A stretch of 64,000 nucleotides of DNA from an uncultured Actinomycetota bacterium (GTDB lineage: Bacteria > Actinomycetota > Actinomycetes > Propionibacteriales > Nocardioidaceae), in the NCBI GenBank assembly GCA_963803235.1, contig CAWDLL010000013.1, forward strand, positions 13,722 to 77,721, written 5' to 3'. Under the pieces are notes generated by a model that saw only the letters and a list, made by a program, of their open reading frames with translations, did not search any database and was not told the origin of the DNA. This document shows positions 55,940 to 64,000 of this stretch, one piece after another. The position numbers were made by a program, and so were the translations under genes. Position 1 is the stretch's first letter. Every line of letters starts with the position of its first letter.

Positions 55940-57171
55940 GAGCCCTCATCCCCCGCCAGCCGCTCGAGGGTGTCCGCCAGCGCCGAGACACCGACCAGGC
56001 AGTCGGCCATCTCGGCGTGCTCGGCCGGCGAGTGGGACACCCCGGTCGGGTTGCGGACGAACAGCATCGCCGTCGGGACACCCGCGGCCGACAGGATCCC
56101 CGCGTCGTGGCCGGCCATGGTCGGGATGATCGGCCAGTCGCCGTCCTCGTGGCCCGCCGCGATCCGCCGGGCCAGCGCCGGGTCGAACGCCACCGCGCCC
56201 GACACCGACTCCGCGACCACGTCCAGCGACGTCCCGTCCCGCCCGGCCCGCTCGGAGCCCTGCTTCGAGATCGCCGACACCAGGGACGCCAGGCCCTCGT
56301 CCGTCGCGCACCGCGCGTCCAGCCAGGCGGTCACCCGCGACGGCACCGCGTTGGTGCCGTTCGGCGCCACGTCGACCCGGCCGAAGGTCGCCCGCTCCCC
56401 CGCCAGCCGGGCCTGCTTGTTCGCCGCCAGCGCGGTCATCGCGTAGGTCAGCATCGGGTCCCGCCGGTCCTCCATCCGGGTCGTCCCGGCGTGGTTGGCC
56501 TCGCCCGCGAAGTCGAAGCGGTAGCGCCCGTGCGGCCAGATCTCGCTCGCCACCCCGACCGCCGCGCCCCGGTCGACCAGGTCCCGGCCCTGCTCGACGT
56601 GCAGCTCCACGAAGCACTCGACCCGGCCGGCCAGGTCCCACGTCTTGTCCCCGTCACCCACCGCCAGCCCGGAGGCGCCCAGCGCGTCGGGCAGGAAGAC
56701 GCCGTCCCGGTCCCGCAGCTCCCGCGCCTTCTCCCACGACATCGCGCCGGCCGCCAGCCGCGACCCGAGGCAGGCCAGGCCGAAGCGCGACCCCTCCTCC
56801 TCGGCGAAGACCGACACCCCGATCGGCTTCGACGGCACGAAGCCGCGCTCCCGCAAGACATCGATCGCCGCCAGCGCGGACACCACGCCCAGCGGGCCGT
56901 CGTACGCCCCGCCGTCCAGCACCGAGTCGAGGTGCGAGCCGGTGAGCACGCCAGCGCCCGCCACCCCCTCGGGTCGCCACCAGCCCACGGCGTTCCCGAC
57001 CTCGTCCTCCTCGACCTCCAGCCCGCGGGCCCGGCACGCCTCGACGAACCACGCGCGCAGCTCGGTCTCCGCGGCGGCGTACGGCTGGCGGAAGTAGCCG
57101 CCGCTCTCGGACGACCGTCCGATCGGGGCGAGGTCGCGCCACATCTGCTCAAACGACAAGATCGGCTCCAT
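55936..57171 (-). CDS. Allantoate-amidohydrolase-family (M20) hydrolase, probably N-formylglutamate hydrolase
   Basis: 'GSHLDSV..GG.YDGPLGV', 'EEEGSRF', 'ELHVEQG', 'GHDA'; hut context; start could be 57171, 57159 or 57144. Confidence 0.88.
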   Translation of the reverse strand: MEPILSFEQMWRDLAPIGRSSESGGYFRQPYAAAETELRAWFVEACRARGLEVEEDEVGNAVGWWRPEGVAGAGVLTGSHLDSVLDGGAYDGPLGVVSALAAIDVLRERGFVPSKPIGVSVFAEEEGSRFGLACLGSRLAAGAMSWEKARELRDRDGVFLPDALGASGLAVGDGDKTWDLAGRVECFVELHVEQGRDLVDRGAAVGVASEIWPHGRYRFDFAGEANHAGTTRMEDRRDPMLTYAMTALAANKQARLAGERATFGRVDVAPNGTNAVPSRVTAWLDARCATDEGLASLVSAISKQGSERAGRDGTSLDVVAESVSGAVAFDPALARRIAAGHEDGDWPIIPTMAGHDAGILSAAGVPTAMLFVRNPTGVSHSPAEHAEMADCLVGVSALADTLERLAGDEGS

Positions 57172-57784
57172 GGAGTTCAGGGACGTCGTACGCCGACGGC
57201 GGATGGTGCGCAGGTACGCCGACCGGCCGGTCGACCCGGCCGTGGTGGACCGGATGCTGGAGCACGCGACGCACGCCCCGAGCGCCGGCTTCAGCCAGGG
57301 CTGGGCGTTCCTGCGGCTCGAGGACCCCGACGACCTCGCGCGGTTCTGGGAGGCCACGACCCCGCCCGGCGCCGGCGGAGGCGGCTGGCTCGACGGGATG
57401 ACCACCGCGCCGGTCGTGATCGTGCCGCTCTCGCACCGCGACGCCTACCTCGACCGGTACGCCGAGCCCGACAAGGGCTGGACCGACCGGGACGAGGCCA
57501 GGTGGCCGGTGCCCTACTGGCACATCGACACCGGCATGGCCGCGCTGCTGATCCTGCAGACCGCGGTCGACGAGGGGCTCGGCGCCTGCTTCTTCGGCAT
57601 CCCGCCCGAGCAGATGGACGCCTTCCGGGAGGCGTTCGGCGTGCCCGCGGCGTACACCCCCATCGGCGCCGTCACCGTCGGCCACCGGGTCAGCGACCTC
57701 GGCGCCAGCGGGTCGCCCGCCCGGCGCCCGCGCCGGGACCTCGACGACGTGGTCCACCACGGCAGGTGGGGCGAGCGGGGCTGA
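57170..57784 (+). CDS. Nitroreductase-family protein
   Basis: 'VVRRRRMVR.Y', 'APSAGFSQGW.F', 'DTGMAA...L..AVDEGLG.CFFG'. Confidence 0.92.
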   Translation: MEFRDVVRRRRMVRRYADRPVDPAVVDRMLEHATHAPSAGFSQGWAFLRLEDPDDLARFWEATTPPGAGGGGWLDGMTTAPVVIVPLSHRDAYLDRYAEPDKGWTDRDEARWPVPYWHIDTGMAALLILQTAVDEGLGACFFGIPPEQMDAFREAFGVPAAYTPIGAVTVGHRVSDLGASGSPARRPRRDLDDVVHHGRWGERG

Positions 57785-57873
57785 CACCCCCTCAGTCCAT
57801 CGGGCGCCCGGCTCCGGGTCAACGGCCACGCGCCGCCCGCGATCTCGGATCCGAGACACGCTAGCGTCCTGCC

Positions 57874-59196
57874 ATGGCTGACCGGGTGGTGGCGAAGCTG
57901 CAGGCACTCGTCCGCATCCCCACCGTCTCGAACCGCGACCCGGCGCTGGTCGACACCGATGCCTTCGACGCGTTCCTCGCCGAGCTCGAGCGCCAGTTCC
58001 CGCTGCTGCACGAGCGTCTCGACCTCACCCGCATCCACACCCACGGCCTGCTCTTCCACTGGCGCGGCAGCGCCGCCGACCGGCCCGTGGTGCTGATGGC
58101 GCACCTCGACGTGGTCCCCGTGGACGAGGAGGCGCCCTGGCAGCACCCCGCGTTCGGCGCCGACATCGTCGACGGCCGGATCTGGGGCCGCGGCACCCTC
58201 GACGACAAGGGCAGCCTCGTCGGCATCTGCGAGGCGGTCGAGCGGCTGCTGGAGCGCGACGTCACGCCGGCGCAGGACGTCTGGCTGTCGTTCGGCTGCG
58301 ACGAGGAGGTCTTCGGGCAGGCCGCGCCGACCGCGGTCGCGGAGCTGGTACGCCGCGGCGTACGCCCCTGGTTCGTCCTCGACGAGGGCGGCGCGGTCGC
58401 GCACCAGGCGTTCCCGGGGGTGGAGCCGCCGATCGCCGTGATCGGGGTGACCGAGAAGGGCGCCACCTCGCTCGAGCTGACCGTCGAGGGCCGCGGCGGG
58501 CACGCGTCGGTGCCCACGAAGATGGGTCCGACCAGCCGGCTGGCCCGCGCGATCCTGCGGCTCGAGAAGAAGCCGTTCCCGCCGAGCACGCCCAGCCCGA
58601 CCATCGAGCTGATGCAGCGGATGGCGCCGCACGCGCCGCTCGCGCTCCGGCCGCTCATGGCCAACGCCGCCCGCCTCACGCCGGTGCTGACCCGGGCCCT
58701 GATCGCCGCCGGCCCCGAGTCCGCGGCGATGACCCGCACCACCGTCGCCGTCACGACGCTGTCCGGCTCCCCCGCGCTCAACGTCATCGCCAGCACCGCC
58801 CGGGCCGGCGTCAACATCCGGATCATGGTCGGCGACACCGTGGCCGGCGTCGTCGAGCACGTGCGCAAGGCGATCGGCGACAAGCAGGTCCGGATCGACG
58901 TCGTCGAGGGCAACGAGCCGAGCCCCGTCTCCCCCGTCGACGACGACGCGTTCCGGCTGCTCGAGTCCACGATCGCGGAGGTCTTCCCGGACGCCGTGCC
59001 CGCGCCGTACGTGATGATGGCCGCCACCGACTCCCGCTTCTTCACCACGATCTGCGACCGCGTCTACCGCTACGCGCCGTTCCGGATGACCAAGGCGCAG
59101 CGCGAGTCCATCCACTCCTACGACGAGCACATCGGCGTCGACGACTTCGTGGCCGGCGTCGGCTGGTACGAGCGGCTGATCGAGAGGATCACCTGA
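57874..59196 (+). CDS. M20 metallopeptidase
   Basis: 'AHLDVVP', 'GRGTLDDK', 'DEE', 'DEG', 'IHSYDE'. Confidence 0.92.
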   Translation: MADRVVAKLQALVRIPTVSNRDPALVDTDAFDAFLAELERQFPLLHERLDLTRIHTHGLLFHWRGSAADRPVVLMAHLDVVPVDEEAPWQHPAFGADIVDGRIWGRGTLDDKGSLVGICEAVERLLERDVTPAQDVWLSFGCDEEVFGQAAPTAVAELVRRGVRPWFVLDEGGAVAHQAFPGVEPPIAVIGVTEKGATSLELTVEGRGGHASVPTKMGPTSRLARAILRLEKKPFPPSTPSPTIELMQRMAPHAPLALRPLMANAARLTPVLTRALIAAGPESAAMTRTTVAVTTLSGSPALNVIASTARAGVNIRIMVGDTVAGVVEHVRKAIGDKQVRIDVVEGNEPSPVSPVDDDAFRLLESTIAEVFPDAVPAPYVMMAATDSRFFTTICDRVYRYAPFRMTKAQRESIHSYDEHIGVDDFVAGVGWYERLIERIT

Positions 59197-60654
59197 TGGC
59201 CACGACCGGTGCCGCACCCCGGGCCGCGCACAGCCTGATGGCGGTCGTCGGCTTCCTGGTCTGCGTCGAGTTCGCGAGCGGCATCCTGCAGGGCTACTAC
59301 ACGCCGATCTTCAGCGACATCGCCGACCACCTCGGGATCGCGGACGCCGACGTCAACTGGTTCGAGGCCGCCCAGCTGATCGTGTCCGCACTCTGCGTGC
59401 CGCTGCTCGCCCGGATGGGCGACCTGATGGGCCACAAGAAGGTGCTGCTGCTCTCGACCGCGGTCACCGCGCTCGGCTCCTGGATCCTGGTGTTCGCGCC
59501 GAGCTTCACGACGTTCCTCATCGGCTGGGCGGTCCAGGGCGCGTACGTCGTGTGGCTGCCGCTCGAGGTCGCGATCATCTACCGCCGCACCGCCGGGTCC
59601 GGTCGGCAGGGGCTGCTCACCCGGCGGTCCGCCGCGATCCTGGTCGGCGCGCTCGAGCTGTCGGTGATCATCGGCGCGCTCACCAGCGGCGCGCTGGTCG
59701 AGTCGACGTCGATGGCCGTCCTGCTGGCGCTGCCGGCGATCGTCGTCACCGCCTGCTTCGCGGTGATCTGGTTCGGGATCGAGGACGCGCCGGGCGTCTC
59801 CTCCGGCGGGATCGACTGGACCGGGCTCGCGCTCATCACGGCCGCCCTCGGCCTGGTGATGGGCGGACTGATCGCCCTGCGGCTGAGCGGCCCGGAGTCG
59901 GCGCTCCCGTGGCTGCTGATCGTGGCCGGGCTGGCAGCGCTGGTCCCGTTCGCCCGCTACGAGAACGCGCAGGCCGAGCCGCTCATCGACGTACGACTGC
60001 TGGCGCAGCCGGGGCAGTGGCCGGTGCAGGTGACGGCGTTCCTGTTCGGCATGTCCGTGCTCGGCGCCCAGATCCCGCTGTCGACGTTCGCCCGGACCGA
60101 CCCGGACGTCGCGGGGTTCGGGCTGGGCGCGGACGCGTCCTTCGTCTCGACCCTGATCGGGGTGTACGTCGTGTTCCTGGCGATCGGGGCGCTCACCCTG
60201 CCGCTGACCTCGCGCCTGCTCGGACCGCGGGCTGCGCTGGTGGTGGCCGCGCTGCTGGTCGCCGTGGGCTACGGGCTGTGGCTGCCGTTCCACGACAGCA
60301 CCTCCCAGGCGTTGCTGAACATGGCCGTCGTCGGCGTCGGCTCGGGAGCCCTGGTGGCGGCCCTGCCACCGGCGGCCGCGGCCGCTGCACCGCCCGACCG
60401 GACCGGCTTCGCGACCGGCATGACCAACGCGACCAAGACCGTCGGCGGGGCGTTCGCGTCGTCGATCTTCGCCATCGCGCTCGCGTCCACCGGGTCGATC
60501 GAGGACATCACCGAGAAGGGCCACGCGTCCCTGGACGGCTACCTCACCGTCTGGACCGTGTGCGCGGTCGCCGCCCTCCTCGCCGCCGGCGTCGCTGGTG
60601 CTGCTGCCCCGCGAGAACGCCGAGACCGCGGTCGAGACGGTGGAGGCGGGTTAG
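59196..60654 (+). CDS. MFS transporter (frameshift near 60590)
   Basis: 'RMGDLMGHKK', about 14 TM, 'PLIDVRLL'. Confidence 0.88.
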
Positions 60655-60697
60655 ACCCGCCTCGACAGGGAGCGCTTGACGGAGCACGATCGAAGGA

Positions 60698-61023
60698 TGG
60701 GCGAGCGCGACGACTACGGCTTCGGCGCTGACGACGAGCCCATCGGCATCGTCTACAGCGAGAAGCGGCACCGCTGGGCGCACCCCTGGAGCGAGTACCT
60801 CGTGATCATGGTCGGCTTCCTCGGCGCGATCGGCGTGATCGGCTCGGCCGCGCCGTTCTCGGCGGTGCGGATGGGCGGCGCCCTCATGGTCCTCGCGGGA
60901 TCGTTCGCCTTCTCCCGCTCCGACCGTGCCCACAAGGCCTCCCCCCGCAACGAGAAGATCTGGGCTCTGGCCGCCGTCCTCCTCACCCTCGGTGGCGTGG
61001 CCGTCTTCCTCCTCAACGGGTAG
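60698..61023 (+). CDS. Small membrane protein (3 TM)
   Basis: Three hydrophobic segments; start uncertain. Confidence 0.55.
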
Positions 61024-61029
61024 CCCGCC

Positions 61030-61094
61030 CGATAGTCCGAGACGTTTTGGCTGTCGGATCGTCAGTTTCCCGACCAAAACGTCTCGGACTATCG
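61030..61094. repeat. Long intergenic hairpin, 21-bp perfect arms with 23-nt loop
   Basis: CGATAGTCCGAGACGTTTTGG ... CCAAAACGTCTCGGACTATCG. Confidence 0.85.
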
Positions 61095-61118
61095 TGAGGG
61101 GCCTTGGGGGTGAGCGAG

Positions 61119-61691
61119 ATGACCGAACGGGAGCCCGAGCAGCAGGCGCGGACCGACCCTGCCCGAGGCGGGGGCGAACCAGAGAGCAAGGCGGCCGCCC
61201 GCAACCGGATCCAGAACCAGGCCAAGTGGGTCGACCTGCAGATCCAGCAGGCGATGGCGCGCGGAGACTTCGACGACCTGCCCGGCAAGGGCAAGCCGAT
61301 CAAGGACCTCGGCACGCAGCACGACCCCGACTGGTGGGTCAAGCAGCTGATCGAGCGCGAGAAGATCACCGGCGTCCTGCCGCCCGCCCTCCAGCTGCGC
61401 AAGGAGGACGCCGAGCTCGACGCGAAGCTCGACGGGTACACCGCCGAGTCCGAGGTACGCCGCGAGCTCGAGGACTTCAACGCCCGCGTCCTCCGTGCCC
61501 GCTACACCCCGGTCGACGGCCCGCCGCTGATCACCCAGCCGCGCGACGTCGAGGCGGACGTCGCTGCCTGGCGGGAACGGCGTACGGCGCGGCTCGCCGC
61601 CCGGCGCGCCGTACCCGCGTCCCCGCCCCCGGCGCCGAAGCGCGAACGCCGCGGCTGGTTCCGGCGTGGAATGCGTCATACCGAGGGGTAG
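61119..61691 (+). CDS. DUF1992 family protein
   Basis: '[19 protein letters not shown]', 'DWW...LIERE', 'LPPAL.LRKE'. Confidence 0.88.
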   Translation: MTEREPEQQARTDPARGGGEPESKAAARNRIQNQAKWVDLQIQQAMARGDFDDLPGKGKPIKDLGTQHDPDWWVKQLIEREKITGVLPPALQLRKEDAELDAKLDGYTAESEVRRELEDFNARVLRARYTPVDGPPLITQPRDVEADVAAWRERRTARLAARRAVPASPPPAPKRERRGWFRRGMRHTEG

Positions 61692-61714
61692 CCGCCCGCT
61701 GCTACGTTCCGCCC

Positions 61715-62803
61715 ATGCGTAGCGCCAAGGACTTCTTCCGACCTCTTGCGGTGGGCGCCCCCGAGCCCCTCCGCGAGATCCCCGCCCGGCCGAGCAGGGC
61801 CATCCACTTCTTCGACCCGAGCAACGAGAAGATGGCGGCCAAGATCCCGCAGATGGTCGGCACGGTCGACGTCCTGCTCGGCAACCTCGAGGACGCGGTC
61901 AAGGCCGACAACAAGGAGGCCGCCCGCGCCGGCCTGGTCAAGATCGCGCAGGAGACGGCCGATCTTGGTGGACACAGCGGCCCGACCCAGCTGTGGACCC
62001 GGATCAACGCCCTCGACAGCCCCTGGGCGCTCGACGACCTGACCACGCTGGTCACCGAGATCGGCGACAAGCTCGACGTGATCATGGTGCCGAAGGTGCA
62101 GGGCGCCGAGGACATCCAGTACGTCGACCGGTTGCTCGCGCAGCTCGAGGCCAAGGCCGGCCTGGAGCGGCCGATCCTCGTGCACGCGATCCTCGAGACC
62201 GCCCGCGGCATGGTCAACGTCGAGGAGATCTGCGGCGCCTCCCCGCGCATGCAGGGCCTCTCCCTCGGCCCGGCCGACCTCGCGGCCGACCGCCGGATGA
62301 AGACCACCCGGGTCGGCGGCGGCCACCCCGGCTACCTCGTCCGCCAGGACCCCGAGCTCACCTCCGACGGCGTCGAGTCGACCAACCGGAAGACCTACCA
62401 GCAGGACCTCTGGCACTACACGATCGCCCGGATGGTCGACGCCTGCGCGATGCACGGCATCTACCCCTACTACGGACCGTTCGGCGACATCGCCGACGTG
62501 GTCGCGTGCGAGGACCAGTTCCGCAACGCCTTCCTCCTCGGCTGCGTCGGCACCTGGAGCCTGCACCCCAAGCAGATCGAGATCGCGAACCGGGTCTTCA
62601 GCCCGTCCGTCGCCGACATCAAGCACGCCCGCCGCGTGGTCGCCGCCATGGGCGACGGCACCGGCGCGGTGATGCTCGACGGCAAGATGGAGGACGACGC
62701 CTCGCTCAAGCAGTGCCTGGTGATGGTCGAGCTCGCCGAGCAGCTCGCCGCGATCGATCCGGAGCTCAAGGAGCAGTACGACGCGATCGAGCTGGACGCC
62801 TGA
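61715..62803 (+). CDS. CitE/HpcH-family lyase, malyl-CoA-lyase-like
   Basis: 'SRAIHFF', 'GNLEDAV', 'WTRIN', 'MVPKV', 'AILET', 'GPADL', 'WSLHP.QI', 'GKMEDDA'. Confidence 0.85.
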   Translation: MRSAKDFFRPLAVGAPEPLREIPARPSRAIHFFDPSNEKMAAKIPQMVGTVDVLLGNLEDAVKADNKEAARAGLVKIAQETADLGGHSGPTQLWTRINALDSPWALDDLTTLVTEIGDKLDVIMVPKVQGAEDIQYVDRLLAQLEAKAGLERPILVHAILETARGMVNVEEICGASPRMQGLSLGPADLAADRRMKTTRVGGGHPGYLVRQDPELTSDGVESTNRKTYQQDLWHYTIARMVDACAMHGIYPYYGPFGDIADVVACEDQFRNAFLLGCVGTWSLHPKQIEIANRVFSPSVADIKHARRVVAAMGDGTGAVMLDGKMEDDASLKQCLVMVELAEQLAAIDPELKEQYDAIELDA

Positions 62804-63670
62804 TGGACGCGACGCTTCCGCCCCCGCCGCTCGGTCCTCTACATGCCGAGCTCCAACGAGCGCGCCCTCGAGAAGGCCAAGACCATCCCCTGCGACGGGC
62901 TCATCCTCGACCTCGAGGACGCGGTCGCTCCCGACGCCAAGCCGGCCGCCCGCGAGGCCGCCTGCGCCGCCGCGCAGTCCGGCGAGTACGGCAAGCGCGA
63001 GCTGACGATCCGGATCAACGGCGCCGACACCGAGTGGCACGCCGACGACCTGGCCGCCGCCTGCGCGGCCGGCCCGGACGCGATCGTCGTGCCCAAGGTG
63101 GACTCCGCCGACGCCGTCCTCGAGCTGGTCGACGCCATGGGCCGGCACGACGCACCCGAGCACACCAAGCTGTGGGCGATGGTCGAGACGCCGTACGCCA
63201 TGCTGCACGCCGAGGAGATCGCCGCCGCGTCCGACCGGCTCACCGTCCTGGTCATGGGCACCAACGACCTCGCCAAGGAGCTGTACGCCGAGCACGTCCC
63301 GGGCCGGCAGCCGCTGCTGGCCGGCCTCGGCCTGGCCCTGCTCGCCGCCCGGGCCACCGGCAAGGTGATCGTCGACGGCGTCTACAACGACGTGAAGGAC
63401 ACCGACGGCTTCCTCGCCGAGTGTCGCCAGGGCCGCGAGATGGGCTTCGACGGCAAGACGCTCATCCACCCCGGCCAGGTCGAGGGCGCCAACGAGGCGT
63501 TCGCGCCGTCCGAGAAGGCGGTCGAGGACGCCCGCGGCATCCTCCAGGCCTGGGAGGACGGGAAGGGTTCCGGCGTCGTCACCTACAACGGCCGGATGAT
63601 CGAGAACCTCCACGTCGAGTCGGCCCGGCGCACCCTGTCGATCCACGAGGCCATCGCAGCGCTGGGCTGA
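62803..63670 (+). CDS. CitE-family CoA-ester lyase/thioesterase (frameshift near 62815)
   Basis: 'RPRRSVLYMP', 'DLEDAV', 'RIN', 'MVET', 'GTNDL', 'GFDGKTLIHPGQ'. Confidence 0.9.
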
Positions 63671-63761
63671 CCGGCGGAATTTTTCCGCTCACGACCCCGT
63701 TTGAGGGGATGCCTTCCCGGGGTACCTGCCACTCCGGACTATCTGGGAGGGAGGTACACAC

Positions 63762-63905
63762 ATGATTGTCCTCGGTTTGATCCTGCTCATCATCGGCCTC
63801 GTCGCGAACATTCCGGTGCTCACGACGATCGGCGCGATCCTGCTCATCGTTGGACTGATCCTGAATCTCGTCCCGATCGGCGGCAGCCGAAGGCGCGTCT
63901 TCTAG
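63762..63905 (+). CDS. Small 2-TM membrane protein (47 aa; not in the ORF track)
   Basis: GGAGG RBS; 'MIVLGLILLIIGLVANIPVLTTIGAILLIVGLILNLVPIGGSRRRVF*'. Confidence 0.75.
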   Translation: MIVLGLILLIIGLVANIPVLTTIGAILLIVGLILNLVPIGGSRRRVF

Positions 63906-63932
63906 CCTCGCCACGACAGCCACACCCAGCCA

Positions 63933-63961
63933 CGACCCCCGGCCATCCAGGCCGGGGGTCG
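63933..63961 (+). terminator. GC-rich hairpin, putative terminator
   Basis: CGACCCCCGGCC-ATCCA-GGCCGGGGGTCG after the small gene; no U-tract. Confidence 0.55.
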
Positions 63962-64000
63962 CTGCATGTCGCGGGCGAGGTCGACCGGTCCGGCCGGTCG

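Overview
High-GC (visually ~70%+) actinobacterial chromosome segment; gene content and intergenic REP-like doublets look Nocardioides-like (inference). No rRNA, tRNA, CRISPR array, transposase or integrase was seen. Core content: heat-shock genes (dnaK-grpE-dnaJ-hspR, clpB, lon), each unit preceded by a HspR/HAIR operator, plus pyrE, a PLP aminotransferase, a PecS/PecM-like pair, an F420-linked LLM-DUF1214-SDR-sulfotransferase cluster, a P450, several MFS transporters, a LAL-type LuxR regulator, a partial hut operon (hutI, hutF, amidohydrolase) and two CitE-family lyases. Many genes carry single-base frameshifts, probably sequencing/assembly indels. Two loci stand out. (1) 44679-46968: an operon of a short Asp/Gly/Thr/Ser-repeat peptide, a JmjC-like 2OG/Fe oxygenase and a sucrase-ferredoxin, which reads like an uncharacterised peptide-modification (RiPP-like) system. 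(2) 10818-14262: a signalling operon whose membrane sensor matches the residue spacing of the Cu-dependent ethylene-binding domain and carries a His-less HisKA_3-like helix, next to a REC-kinase hybrid and a single-domain receiver.
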